A stretch of 64,000 nt of DNA from Elusimicrobia bacterium RIFOXYA2_FULL_39_19 (GTDB lineage Bacteria; Elusimicrobiota; Endomicrobiia; CG1-02-37-114; XYA2-FULL-39-19), in contig MGVC01000005.1 in NCBI GenBank assembly GCA_001800285.1, positions 18,476 through 82,475 on the forward strand. The letters are read 5' to 3'. Each line of letters begins with the position of its first letter. Position 1 is the first letter of the stretch. Under the pieces are notes generated by a model. The model had not been told where the DNA came from, did not search any database, and was given only the letters and a program-made list of their open reading frames with translations. Shown here one piece after another: positions 45,466-58,661 of this stretch. The translations under genes and the position numbers were made by a program.

Positions 45466-45658
45466 AATAATCTCCTAGATTTGTACATTAATTTATGCAA
45501 TGATTATACCTTATTTGCCTATGTTTTTCAAGTATTCCAAATTTATCCAACCGCTTCTTTTAATAAATATTTTAAATATTTATTTCATTAAATATATATA
45601 ATAATTGATTTACGCTGTAAAATAATGTATATTAATTGAGAAAGGCGGGAAACTAAGG

Positions 45659-47485
45659 ATGTGCGGAATTGTAGGTTATATAGGAAACAAATTTGTTGAT
45701 TCAGTCCTTGTGGTAGGGCTTGAAAGGCTTGAATACAGGGGCTATGATTCAGCTGGCATCGCCACCATATCTTCCGGTGAACTTTTTGTCTGTAAAAAGA
45801 AAGGCAAATTAAAAGCCTTGAATGACTGCCTTAAAGAAGCCGGCCTTGGCGGAAACATCGGTATAGGCCATACCAGGTGGGCCACTCACGGAGAACCTTC
45901 TGAGATTAACGCTCATCCGCACACTGACTGCAAAAATGAAATAGCCGTAGTTCATAATGGAATTATTGAAAATTACCAGACACTTAAAGAAGACCTCGTT
46001 GCCAGAGGCCATTTTTTTAAATCAGAAACAGACACTGAAGTTATACCGCATCTTATAGAAGAAAATATTTCTGAAGGCCTGGAAACAGCGGTCAGAAAAG
46101 CTGTTGCAAAAATAAAAGGCTCTTTCTCAATCTGTGTAATAAGCGAAAGTGAACCGGATAAAATCATAACCGCCAAATTCGGCAGCCCTTTGGTAATAGG
46201 TCTGGGAAAAAACGAAAATTTTATTGCATCAGATGTTACAGCCATTCTTCCCCATACGAAACAGGTTATTGTTTTAAACGACGGCGAAATAGGTATTGTT
46301 TCAGAAGAAAAAATAACCGTCACAACCCCCTGGGGTGACACCATAAACAAGGAAGTAGAAACCGTTTCCTGGAAAGCTGAAGATATTGAAAAAGGCAATT
46401 ATCAATTTTTCATGCAGAAGGAAATTTTTGAACAACCTAAAATAATTGAAACTGTAATTTCCAAAAAAGTAACTGCCGGAAATATAATAACGCTTGAAGA
46501 AATGAATTTAAGCAATAATTACCTGGCAAAAGTCAAAAGGATAATTATTCAGGCCTGCGGCACTTCCTGGCATGCCGGGCTTATAGGAAAATACTGGCTT
46601 GAAAAATACGCGCATATTCATACTGAAGTTGACGTGTCCAGCGAATACAGATACAGAAACCCCATAGCTGAAGGCGACACTTTAATGCTTGCCATTTCCC
46701 AGTCCGGAGAAACAGCCGACACGCTTGCCGGTATCCGTGAAGGCAAAAGCAAGTTTATAAAAGTTTTATCTATTGTGAACGTTGTGAAAAGCACTATTGC
46801 CCGTGAATCTGACGGCATCATTCCTATCATGGCGGGCCCTGAAATCGGCGTAGCTTCAACAAAAGCTTTTACCGCGCAACTAACTGCTCTTTATCTGTTT
46901 GCCCTTCAACTGGGCAAACTTAACTACACTATAAGCGACACTGAAGCAAAAAACAAACTTGAAGGCTTAATAGAAATCCCCAAAATAATGAATGCTGTTT
47001 TAAAAAGACAGGATGAAATCATAAAACTTTCTGAAAAATATTATCAGAAAAAGAATTTTATTTTTCTCGGCAGGGGCATTAATTATCCCAATGCACTCGA
47101 AGGTGCACTTAAGCTAAAAGAAATTTCCTACATCCATTCTACGGGTTACCCGGCCGGTGAGTTTAAGCATGGTCCTATTGCGCTAATTTGTGAAGATACA
47201 CCGGTAATATGTCTGGCACCTAAGGATGAATTGTATATCAAAATGATAAGTAATATAGAAGAAGTAAAAGCAAGAAAAGGAAAAATTATTTCCATCGCCA
47301 CTCAAGGAGACACAAGAATTCAGAGCCTTTCGGAAGATGTTTTTTTTATTCCTGAATGCCATGAAGATATATCGCCTATTGTAACCGTTTTACCGCTTCA
47401 GCTGTTGGCTTACCATATAGCTGTAAAGCTGGGCTTTGATGTTGATAAACCAAGGAATTTAGCAAAAAGCGTTACCGTAGAGTAA
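45659..47485 (+). CDS. glmS: Glutamine--fructose-6-phosphate aminotransferase
   Basis: MCGIVGYIG N-terminal nucleophile start, SIS domains, C-terminal ...KSVTVE; 608 aa. Confidence 0.9.
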   Translation: MCGIVGYIGNKFVDSVLVVGLERLEYRGYDSAGIATISSGELFVCKKKGKLKALNDCLKEAGLGGNIGIGHTRWATHGEPSEINAHPHTDCKNEIAVVHNGIIENYQTLKEDLVARGHFFKSETDTEVIPHLIEENISEGLETAVRKAVAKIKGSFSICVISESEPDKIITAKFGSPLVIGLGKNENFIASDVTAILPHTKQVIVLNDGEIGIVSEEKITVTTPWGDTINKEVETVSWKAEDIEKGNYQFFMQKEIFEQPKIIETVISKKVTAGNIITLEEMNLSNNYLAKVKRIIIQACGTSWHAGLIGKYWLEKYAHIHTEVDVSSEYRYRNPIAEGDTLMLAISQSGETADTLAGIREGKSKFIKVLSIVNVVKSTIARESDGIIPIMAGPEIGVASTKAFTAQLTALYLFALQLGKLNYTISDTEAKNKLEGLIEIPKIMNAVLKRQDEIIKLSEKYYQKKNFIFLGRGINYPNALEGALKLKEISYIHSTGYPAGEFKHGPIALICEDTPVICLAPKDELYIKMISNIEEVKARKGKIISIATQGDTRIQSLSEDVFFIPECHEDISPIVTVLPLQLLAYHIAVKLGFDVDKPRNLAKSVTVE

Positions 47486-47509
47486 CTAAAAGGAAAGGAG
47501 GTGTTTGAT

Positions 47510-47761
47510 ATGGTAGAAAAAAGACGTGAAATGACACAGGATGTAATGCTTGAAATCAACAAGGAAGAAACCGGCAAAAGCATGTACATACTCAGAGTTG
47601 TCAGCTGGAACAAGCAGAAACCCAAGCTTGAAAAAAGAGCTTTCTGGAAAAAATCCGATGAAGAAGAAATGAAAATGAGCAAAATAATCGGATTAAGCGC
47701 AAATGACATCAGAATAATCACAGAAAGGAAAGACGAAATTTTAAAAGCTCTGGAAAAATAA
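47510..47761 (+). CDS. Small charged hypothetical protein
   Basis: ATG at 47510 with AGGAGG RBS 9 nt upstream; the track's GTG at 47501 has no RBS spacing. 83 aa, Lys/Glu-rich. Confidence 0.4.
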   Translation: MVEKRREMTQDVMLEINKEETGKSMYILRVVSWNKQKPKLEKRAFWKKSDEEEMKMSKIIGLSANDIRIITERKDEILKALEK

Positions 47762-47768
47762 AACTACT

Positions 47769-48455
47769 ATGGGCAGGCGCATACTTGTTATTGACGACGA
47801 ACAGTCGGTAGTTGAATCTGTAAGAATGATCCTTCAAGATGAGGATTGTATAACATACGGAGCCCAAACCGGAAAGAAAGGGCTGAGTAAATCAAAAGAA
47901 TTGCATCCGGACCTGATAATTCTTGACCTGAATCTTCCTGACATTGACGGCATTAAAATATGCGAGCATTTAAGAAAAAGTAACAAAACTTTTTCTATAC
48001 CTATTATAATGCTTACAGCCAGAGACAATACAAAAGACATTAAAAAAGGGCTTGAAACAGGCGCCGACGATTACATCACAAAACCTTTTGATGTAGATGA
48101 GTTTTCAGCCAGAGTAAAAGCATTATTCAGAAGGATTGAATACATTCACACCCCCTCAGATATACTTACCTGTGACGATATAGTCATCAACATTCCAAAT
48201 TTCAGCGTTACCTTAAAAGGCAAAGAAATTTCCCTCACACAAAAAGAATTTAAACTACTTTGTGTTTTAATAAAAAACAAAAACAAACTGCTTTCTCAGC
48301 AATTTCTTTACCAGGAAGTCTGGGGATTTAAAGAACAACCTTACGGTTCGTTTACATTACAGGCTCACATTTCAAATTTACGCGAAAAAATGGGTCCATC
48401 TATCGCTTCAAGAATAACTGTAATTGAAGGCAAGGGCTACAAACTCAAAAGTTAA
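47769..48455 (+). CDS. OmpR/PhoB-family response regulator (no adjacent kinase)
   Basis: Receiver domain (ILVIDDE...DLIILDLNLPDIDG) plus winged-helix C-terminus (LTQKEFKLL...GYKL). Confidence 0.8.
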   Translation: MGRRILVIDDEQSVVESVRMILQDEDCITYGAQTGKKGLSKSKELHPDLIILDLNLPDIDGIKICEHLRKSNKTFSIPIIMLTARDNTKDIKKGLETGADDYITKPFDVDEFSARVKALFRRIEYIHTPSDILTCDDIVINIPNFSVTLKGKEISLTQKEFKLLCVLIKNKNKLLSQQFLYQEVWGFKEQPYGSFTLQAHISNLREKMGPSIASRITVIEGKGYKLKS

Positions 48456-48603
48456 CCGGGTTCGTTTTTGCTGTACTTATGGTTTCTCCCTCTCTTATAC
48501 TTGATTTAAAAAAAATAAAATGCTAAATTCCTTAAGGTAATTTTAGCAACGCATACGCTAAAATCAAATCTAATCAAACTTCAGACAATTTCCGGGTATC
48601 ATA

Positions 48604-49698
48604 ATGAAAGCTTTAAACAACTACGCCATACTTGCGCTTGAAGACGGCACTGTGTTTGAAGGCAGAGCTTTCGGCGCACAAGGTGAAAAAACGGGCGAAG
48701 TCGTTTTTAACACCAGCATGACAGGCTATCAGGAAATTCTTACAGACCCCTCCTACAAAGGCCAGATAGTCACCATGACTTATCCTCTCATTGGCAACTA
48801 CGGTATAAACGATGAAGATTTTGAATCAACTAAACCCTGGGTTGAAGGTTTTGTAGTAAAAGAATACTCAAAAATTGTCAGCAACTGGCGCTCTACATCC
48901 AGCCTGGGCGACTTCCTGAAAAAATATAACATTTTAGGCATTGAAGGCATAGACACCCGCGCCCTTACCAGACACATCCGGGAAAAAGGGTCTATGAAAG
49001 GTATTATTTCTACAAAAAAACAGGACATTAAAAAAATAATTCAAAAAGCCAAAAACGCACCCGGACTGGAAAACAAAGACCTGGCAAAAGAAGTGTCCTG
49101 CCATAAAGCTTACGAATGGAATAAAAAAGGAAAACATAAAGTTGTTGTAATTGATTGCGGAGTAAAATATAACATATTAAACGAATTAGCCAAAAATAAC
49201 TGCCACGTTGTAGTAGTTCCTTCCAAAACCACAGCCAAACAAATACTTGAATATAAACCTGACGGCCTTATGCTTTCAAACGGCCCCGGGGACCCGGCCG
49301 GTGTACAAACTGTAGTTGAAACTGTAAGAACCTTGCTTGATAAAATGCCCATTTTCGGTATTTGTTTAGGCCACCAAATGCTGGGGCTGGCGCTTGGCGG
49401 CAAAACTTTCAAGCTAAAATTCGGCCATCATGGCGGTAATCATCCAGTGAAAGATTTAAAAACAAATAAAGTTGATATTACTGTTCAAAACCATAACTTC
49501 TGCGTTGATATTGAAACCCTTAATAAACAGGATATTGAAATTACTCATATGAACTTAAATGACCGCACCCTGGAAGGCATGAGGCATAAAAAACTTCCTG
49601 TTTTCAGCGTTCAGTTTCACCCGGAATCTTCACCCGGCCCGCATGATTCAAGTTATTTATTTGAAAACTTTGTAAAACTTATTGAAACCAAAACATAA
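48604..49698 (+). CDS. carA: Carbamoyl-phosphate synthase small (glutaminase) subunit
   Basis: LALEDGTVFEGRAFGA...TGYQEILTDPSYKGQIV. GATase catalytic region (FGICLGHQ). Confidence 0.9.
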   Translation: MKALNNYAILALEDGTVFEGRAFGAQGEKTGEVVFNTSMTGYQEILTDPSYKGQIVTMTYPLIGNYGINDEDFESTKPWVEGFVVKEYSKIVSNWRSTSSLGDFLKKYNILGIEGIDTRALTRHIREKGSMKGIISTKKQDIKKIIQKAKNAPGLENKDLAKEVSCHKAYEWNKKGKHKVVVIDCGVKYNILNELAKNNCHVVVVPSKTTAKQILEYKPDGLMLSNGPGDPAGVQTVVETVRTLLDKMPIFGICLGHQMLGLALGGKTFKLKFGHHGGNHPVKDLKTNKVDITVQNHNFCVDIETLNKQDIEITHMNLNDRTLEGMRHKKLPVFSVQFHPESSPGPHDSSYLFENFVKLIETKT

Positions 49699-49707
49699 AA
49701 GGAAATT

Positions 49708-51357
49708 ATGCCTAAAAGAAACGATATAGAAAAAATTTTAATCATAGGTTCGGGCCCTATTGTTATCGGCCAGGCCTGCGAATTTGATTACTCCGGCACC
49801 CAGGCCTGCAAAGCACTGCGCGCCGAAGGATATAAAATCATACTGGTAAACAGCAACCCCGCCACCATTATGACAGACCCGGAAATAGCTGACAGAACCT
49901 ATGTGGAACCCGTCACTTCAGACGTTGTTGCCAAAATTATAGAAAAAGAACGCCCTGACGCGCTTCTTCCCACCCTTGGAGGCCAGACCGCACTTAACGT
50001 AACTGTAGAACTGCATGAAAAAGGTGTGCTTGATAAATATAAGGTAGAACTTATCGGAGCAAAAATCCACGCCATTAAAAAAGCCGAAGACCGCGAACTT
50101 TTTAAAGCGGCTATGGAAAAAATAGGCCTTGAACTACCTAAAAGCGGCCATGCCTATAATATGAAGGAAGCCACGGAGATTGCAAAAGAAATTGGCTTTC
50201 CTATTATTATCAGGCCCAGCTTTACACTTGGCGGCACCGGCAGCGGCATAGCCTATAACCTTGAAGAATTCAACGAAATGGCGCCCCGCGCCATTGAAAG
50301 CAGCATGATTAGCGAAATTCTGGTAGAAGAATCTGTTATCGGCTGGAAAGAATTTGAACTGGAAGTAATGCGTGACATTAAAGATAACGTAGTTATAATC
50401 TGTTCCATAGAAAATCTGGACCCTATGGGCGTGCATACCGGTGACAGCATTACCGTTGCCCCGGCCCAGACCTTAAGCGACAAAGAATATCAGCTAATGC
50501 GTGATGCCGCTCTTAAAATTATCCGTGAAATCGGCGTAGAAACCGGCGGTTCAAATATTCAGTTTGCAGTAAACCCTGATAACGGCAAAATAGTAATCAT
50601 AGAAATGAACCCGCGCGTTTCCAGAAGCTCTGCACTAGCTTCCAAAGCCACGGGTTTTCCCATAGCAAAAATAGCCGCCAAACTTGCTGTAGGTTATACA
50701 CTTGATGAAATATCAAATGATATCACCAAAGAAACACCGGCCTGTTTTGAACCCAGCATAGATTACTGTGTAGTAAAAATTCCCAGGTTTACTTTTGAAA
50801 AATTTCCTGCCGCAGATAAAACCCTTACAACTTCCATGAAATCCGTAGGCGAAGTTATGGCTATCGGCAGAACCTTTAAAGAAGCCTTACAAAAAGGGTT
50901 AAGAGCGCTTGAAACAGGCAAAAGAGGCCTGGATGATATTAACGGAAAAAATAACGGGCTGTCTCTTGAAGCCTTAAAAGAAAAATTAAGAATTCCCACC
51001 CCGGACCGCATTTTTTATTTAAAATACGCCATGCAGAAAAACATGAACCTTGATGAAATATTTGACCTGACCAAAATAGACCGCTGGTTCCTTTATAATA
51101 TAAAGCAGATCCTGGAACTTGAAAATAAAATCAAAAAAAACAAAAAAATCAGCCCCGAACTTTTAAGAAATGCTAAAGAATACGGCTTTTCTGACAGACA
51201 GCTTGCGCACCTTTTGTCAAAAACAGAACTGGAAATTTACTCACTGCGTAAAAAACATAATATTATCCCCACATACAAAGTGGTGGATACCTGCGGCGCC
51301 GAATTTGAAGCTTATACGCCGTATTATTACTCCACATACGAATCCGAGGACGAATAG
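49708..51357 (+). CDS. carB: Carbamoyl-phosphate synthase large subunit, N-terminal half (split carB)
   Basis: [24 protein letters not shown] start typical of CarB. Clean stop after 549 aa (full CarB ~1070 aa). C-terminal half not adjacent. Confidence 0.8.
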   Translation: MPKRNDIEKILIIGSGPIVIGQACEFDYSGTQACKALRAEGYKIILVNSNPATIMTDPEIADRTYVEPVTSDVVAKIIEKERPDALLPTLGGQTALNVTVELHEKGVLDKYKVELIGAKIHAIKKAEDRELFKAAMEKIGLELPKSGHAYNMKEATEIAKEIGFPIIIRPSFTLGGTGSGIAYNLEEFNEMAPRAIESSMISEILVEESVIGWKEFELEVMRDIKDNVVIICSIENLDPMGVHTGDSITVAPAQTLSDKEYQLMRDAALKIIREIGVETGGSNIQFAVNPDNGKIVIIEMNPRVSRSSALASKATGFPIAKIAAKLAVGYTLDEISNDITKETPACFEPSIDYCVVKIPRFTFEKFPAADKTLTTSMKSVGEVMAIGRTFKEALQKGLRALETGKRGLDDINGKNNGLSLEALKEKLRIPTPDRIFYLKYAMQKNMNLDEIFDLTKIDRWFLYNIKQILELENKIKKNKKISPELLRNAKEYGFSDRQLAHLLSKTELEIYSLRKKHNIIPTYKVVDTCGAEFEAYTPYYYSTYESEDE

Positions 51358-51372
51358 TCCTCAAAATCCCGC

Positions 51373-51411
51373 CTGACTGTCCGCAGGGCGGACAAGGCGG
51401 ACAGCTGTCAG
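51373..51411 (+). terminator. GC-rich stem-loop after carB (possible terminator; no clear U-tract)
   Basis: CTGACTGTCCGC-AGGGCGGACAAG-GCGGACAGCTGTCAG, with GGCGGACA tandemly duplicated. Confidence 0.3.
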
Positions 51412-51481
51412 TAAATAATCACCCTTTCGTTTAAGTAATTATTAAGTGCAAAACCTAAGCCAATTTCTTTGAGGTTTTAAT

Positions 51482-54477
<2,996 letters not shown>

Positions 54478-54502
54478 TCCCGGTAATTTTCTAAACAAAA
54501 AA

Positions 54503-54595
54503 AGTGATTAGGTGATTACGTGTTTGGTTAAATGTTTAAATTTATTTCATCCTTCACTAACCACCTAATAACTAATCACATAACCACTTAATCAC
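54503..54595. repeat. Intergenic palindromic repeat element, copy A (GTGATTAGGTGATTACGTG ... CACATAACCACTTAATCAC)
   Basis: Inverted half-sites GTGATTA / TAATCAC, ending ~30 nt before the livK-like ATG. Confidence 0.6.
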
Positions 54596-54627
54596 CGCTA
54601 TGTATAAATCATTTGTAGGAGACACCG

Positions 54628-55740
54628 ATGTATAAATTAATCTCAGTTTTGTTTTTAGGCTTAATACTTATCGCAGGCTGTGCCAAACAGGATAAAAATG
54701 TAATTAAAGTTGCCCTTGCAGGGCCCTTAACCGGAGATATTGCCGCTATGGGGCAGGGCATGAAAAAAGCCATAGAGATTGCCGTAGAAGAAGCAAACCA
54801 GTCAGGCGTTTTGAAAGATAAAAAATTTCAGGCAGTTATTTTTGATGACCGCGCAGACCCCAAAGAAGCGGTAAGCGTAGCAAACCAGATAGTTTCAGAC
54901 CCGCAGATTTACGGCATTGTAGGCCACTTAAACAGCGGCTGTTCCATACCTGCCAGCCAGATTTATGCAAAATACAATCTTGTTATCATCACACCCGCTT
55001 CCACAAACCCCAAACTTACACAACAGGGACTAAAAAATGTTTTCAGAGTCTGCACCACGGATGATGTGCAGGGAAGCGCCGCCGCCAATTATGTTATTGA
55101 TAAATTAAAAATAAAAAATGTTTCCATAATACACGACAAAACCCCTTACGGCCAGGGCATAGCAGAAAACTTTAAAGCAACCTTTGAAAACCGCAAAGAC
55201 AAAGTGTTAAGTTATGACGGCATAAATACGGGAGATAAAGATTTCAAAGCCCTGCTTACAAAAATAAAAACCTTTAAACCCCAGCTGATTTATTTCGGCG
55301 GTGTTTACAGCGAATATGGCCTGCTTTCCAAGCAGGCAAAAGAACTGGGGCTTAACGCCGTATTTTTCAGCGATGACGGATCTTCATCACCGGAATATAT
55401 TAAAATTGCCGGCAGTGCTTCAGAAGGCAACTATGTTTCCATGATAGGCATTCCTCCGGCTAAACTGAAAAAAGCAAAGGCATTTTTAGATACCTTTGCT
55501 TCCAAATACCCGGGCACTGACTTACAGCCGTATGACACCTACACCTATGAAACCTCAAAAATACTTATTGACGCTATTGTAAAAACAAACATGGACAAAT
55601 CAAAAATTGCCGATTATCTTGCAACGGTTAAATTTGACGGAATTCTAGGCATAACTTCTTTTGATGCAAACGGCGATACGCTGAACAAATCTATCAGTAT
55701 TTACAAAGCAAAAAACGGCAAGTTTGAATACTGCGAATAA
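54628..55740 (+). CDS. Branched-chain amino acid ABC transporter substrate-binding lipoprotein (LivJ/LivK-like)
   Basis: Lipoprotein signal (LILIAGC), type I periplasmic binding fold motifs; 370 aa. Confidence 0.8.
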   Translation: MYKLISVLFLGLILIAGCAKQDKNVIKVALAGPLTGDIAAMGQGMKKAIEIAVEEANQSGVLKDKKFQAVIFDDRADPKEAVSVANQIVSDPQIYGIVGHLNSGCSIPASQIYAKYNLVIITPASTNPKLTQQGLKNVFRVCTTDDVQGSAAANYVIDKLKIKNVSIIHDKTPYGQGIAENFKATFENRKDKVLSYDGINTGDKDFKALLTKIKTFKPQLIYFGGVYSEYGLLSKQAKELGLNAVFFSDDGSSSPEYIKIAGSASEGNYVSMIGIPPAKLKKAKAFLDTFASKYPGTDLQPYDTYTYETSKILIDAIVKTNMDKSKIADYLATVKFDGILGITSFDANGDTLNKSISIYKAKNGKFEYCE

Positions 55741-55845
55741 ATTTCCCGATTACATCGAAAATAATCAGACAATAAATTTGTTTGATAATTGATAAATGCT
55801 TTTTCTTATCAACTTATCATCATCCCAACATATCAACCGTCTCTC

Positions 55846-56736
55846 ATGTTCATCCAGCAACTAATTAACGGACTTACACTCGGCAGCATTTATGCACTGA
55901 TTGCTCTCGGCTACACCATGGTTTACGGCGTTTTATTAATGATAAATTTTGCTCACAGCGAAATTTTTATGATAGGCGCCTACATCGGCCTTTGGGCTTT
56001 AACCGCCATTCCTGCCTTTGCCTCCTTTACTATTACCGGTTTCATAATAACTTTTCTGGTTGTACTGCTTTTTTCAGGCCTGCTGGCTGTTTCGGTAGAA
56101 AAATTAGCATACAAACCGCTCCGCCAGGCCCCGCGCCTTTCCCCCTTAATAAGCGCTATAGGCGTTTCCATAGTTTTACAGAACCTCATTATGCTTTTTG
56201 TCAGCAACCAGTCAATGCCTCTTCCGGAATTTAAAACCACCCGTTATCAGATATTCAGTGCTGAAGTAGATACCCTGCAGATATTTATTTTTTGTTTTTC
56301 TATTGCACTTATGCTTCTGCTGAACCTTTTTATCAGTAAAACAAAGTTCGGCAAAGCTATGCGCGCCACAGCACACAGCCACAGCGTTTCCCAGCTGATG
56401 GGTATAAATTCAAGCTCTATGATAGCTATGGTATTTTTTATCGGCGGCGCTTTAGGCGGCATTGCCGGCATGTTAAACGGCATGTACTACGGAAGTATAA
56501 AATATAATATGGGTTTTTTCCCTGGTATAAAAGCATTTACCGCGGCGGTGCTGGGAGGTATAGGAAATGTTAAAGGCGCTATGCTGGGTGGTTTTCTGTT
56601 AGGCCTGATTGAAACCTTTTCCGCCGGCTACATATCATCCCAGAACAAAGATGTAATCACTTTCTGCGTACTTATACTCATGCTTGTCTTTAAACCTACC
56701 GGAATTTTAGGTGAAAATGTAACTGAAAAAGTATGA
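55846..56736 (+). CDS. livH: Branched-chain amino acid ABC transporter permease LivH
   Basis: MFIQQLINGLTLGSIYALIALGYTMVYGVLLMINFAHSE aligns with LivH N-terminus. The track ORF extends to 55789 as an alternative start. Confidence 0.8.
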   Translation: MFIQQLINGLTLGSIYALIALGYTMVYGVLLMINFAHSEIFMIGAYIGLWALTAIPAFASFTITGFIITFLVVLLFSGLLAVSVEKLAYKPLRQAPRLSPLISAIGVSIVLQNLIMLFVSNQSMPLPEFKTTRYQIFSAEVDTLQIFIFCFSIALMLLLNLFISKTKFGKAMRATAHSHSVSQLMGINSSSMIAMVFFIGGALGGIAGMLNGMYYGSIKYNMGFFPGIKAFTAAVLGGIGNVKGAMLGGFLLGLIETFSAGYISSQNKDVITFCVLILMLVFKPTGILGENVTEKV

Positions 56737-57713
56737 AATTTAAAAACATTGCTATTATTACAGCCTTTATCACCGCGATTGTACTGCCCTTAATCATGCA
56801 GGCGTCAGCCAATTATTACGCCATACACGTGCTTGGGTTGCTGGGTATCTACGCTATATTGTGTGTCGGGCTTAATATTACTATAGGTTATACCGGCTTG
56901 CTGGATTTAGGGTTTATGGCATTCTATGCTATAGGCGCTTATATCGGAATAATTCTTAGTGCGAAGGGCATTTCATTCTGGTATATTATTCCTATCAGTC
57001 TGTTTATCGGCGGTACTTTTAGATATTTACTTGGCGCACCGGTATTACGTTTACGCGGTGATTATCTTGCCATAGTAACACTGGCGTTTGGTGAAATTAC
57101 CCGCCTACTATTAAACAACCTGGATTTTTTAACTAACGGGCCTAAAGGCCTGCCCCGCGTAGGTGAAACGGTTTTACCTATCAGTATTTTTTCCTTTACT
57201 TTAAGAAACGATATTCATTTCTACTACCTTATCGTATTTTTTCTGGCGCTTGCAATTATTGTCAGCTACCGGCTTGAGCACTCGCGCCTTGGCAGGGCGT
57301 TTGTAGCTATACGGGAAGATGAAACAGCCGCAGAACTTTCCGGCATAAACGTATCAAACACAAAACTGCTGGCTTTTGTAATAAGCGGTATGTTCGGCTC
57401 TCTGGCAGGAACCATTTACGCGCACTGGATAGGTTTTATTTCACCGGAATCTTTTACTTTCTGGGAATCCATATTTCTGGTGTGCATGCTGGTTATCGGC
57501 GGAATGGGCAGTATTTCTGGCGCCATACTGGGCGCCTTTATACTTGCCGGCATACCGGAATTTCTGCGTCCGGTGCTGGGCTCGGGTTTTATAGATTACA
57601 GAATGCTTATTTTCGGGCTGCTGCTTGTAGTTGTAATTATTTTCAGGCCCCAGGGTTTGCTTCCTTCAAAAAGAAGAAACCTGGAGTTGCGTATGAATAA
57701 AAACAGTGAATAA
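56733..57713 (+). CDS. livM: Branched-chain amino acid ABC transporter permease LivM
   Basis: Polytopic permease with LGLLGIYAILCVGLNITIGYTGLLDLGFMAFYAIGAY. ATGA overlap with livH. Confidence 0.8.
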   Translation: MKFKNIAIITAFITAIVLPLIMQASANYYAIHVLGLLGIYAILCVGLNITIGYTGLLDLGFMAFYAIGAYIGIILSAKGISFWYIIPISLFIGGTFRYLLGAPVLRLRGDYLAIVTLAFGEITRLLLNNLDFLTNGPKGLPRVGETVLPISIFSFTLRNDIHFYYLIVFFLALAIIVSYRLEHSRLGRAFVAIREDETAAELSGINVSNTKLLAFVISGMFGSLAGTIYAHWIGFISPESFTFWESIFLVCMLVIGGMGSISGAILGAFILAGIPEFLRPVLGSGFIDYRMLIFGLLLVVVIIFRPQGLLPSKRRNLELRMNKNSE

Positions 57714-57727
57714 ATTATTTCAAACAC

Positions 57728-57786
57728 GGTGATTAGTGGTTACGTGATTAGTAACATCTTTGCTAATCACTTAAACACATAACCAC
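57728..57786. repeat. Intergenic palindromic repeat element, copy B
   Basis: GGTGATTAGTGGTTACGTGATTAGTAACATCTTTGCTAATCACTTAAACACATAACCAC; ends 30 nt before the livG ATG. Confidence 0.6.
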
Positions 57787-57816
57787 TTTATTAGAAATAA
57801 CCAGACTAATAACCTT

Positions 57817-58575
57817 ATGTTATTATCCATTAATTCAGTAAACAAACATTTTGGCGGATTAAGTGCACTTGCAGACATGAACATGTCTGCTGCCGATAAA
57901 GAAATTGTCGGACTTATCGGCCCCAACGGCGCTGGTAAAACTACGCTATTTAACGTAATTACCGGCGTATATCCTATTGATAGCGGTGAAATAGTATTTA
58001 AAAACAAAAATATTCACAACCATAAACCGCATAAAATAGTAAAAAACGGCATAGCCAGAACTTTCCAGAACATCCGCCTGTTTTCAAACATGACGGCCCT
58101 GGAAAATGTAATGGCTGGCAGGCACTGCCGCACCAAATCAGAACTTTTCCCGGCATTACTGCGCACAAAAGCGTTTTCAAAAGAAGAAAAAGAAATACAG
58201 GACTCTTCAAAAGAAATACTGGATTTCGTAGGGCTTCTTAAATCCGGCAATGAGCTGGCAAAAAACCTTGCTTATGGCCAGCAGAGGAAACTGGAAATTG
58301 CTCGCGCCCTGGCCACAAACCCGTCATTGCTTCTTTTAGATGAACCCACGGCGGGAATGAACCACAGCGAATGCAACGGTTTGATAGAACTTATATACAA
58401 AATCCGTGAAAAAAATACGGCTATCATAGTCATTGAACACCAGATGAACGTAATAATGAACATTTCTGATAAAATAGTTGTAATGGATTACGGTGAAAAA
58501 ATAGCAGAAGGCAGCCCCGCACAAATTCAGAAAAATCCGAAAGTTATAGAAGCGTATCTTGGCAGGAATAACTAA
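57817..58575 (+). CDS. livG: Branched-chain amino acid ABC transporter ATP-binding protein LivG
   Basis: GPNGAGKTTLFNVITG Walker A, LLLDEPTAGMN Walker B/signature region. Confidence 0.85.
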   Translation: MLLSINSVNKHFGGLSALADMNMSAADKEIVGLIGPNGAGKTTLFNVITGVYPIDSGEIVFKNKNIHNHKPHKIVKNGIARTFQNIRLFSNMTALENVMAGRHCRTKSELFPALLRTKAFSKEEKEIQDSSKEILDFVGLLKSGNELAKNLAYGQQRKLEIARALATNPSLLLLDEPTAGMNHSECNGLIELIYKIREKNTAIIVIEHQMNVIMNISDKIVVMDYGEKIAEGSPAQIQKNPKVIEAYLGRNN

Positions 58576-58578
58576 AAA

Positions 58579-58640
58579 GGTGGATAAGTGGTTGGTAACA
58601 CCTTAACTAACCACATAGTGACTAAACACTTAATCACTAT
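58579..58640. repeat. Intergenic repeat element, copy C (AACACCTTAACTAACCACATAGTGACTAAACACTTAATCACTAT)
   Basis: Near-identical to the 59476-59520 copy; ends 21 nt before the livF ATG. Confidence 0.65.
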
Positions 58641-58661
58641 CTTAGGCATCAAAAAACAATT

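Noticed and set aside
45470-45658. Looked for a glmS ribozyme upstream of glmS
   Set aside because: The region is AT-rich with none of the conserved ribozyme core. It is more likely a divergent promoter region.
51373-51411. GC-rich hairpin with duplicated GGCGGACA considered as a mobile-element end or CRISPR-like repeat
   Set aside because: Single occurrence, no array, no flanking transposase. Most simply a transcript-end stem-loop after carB.
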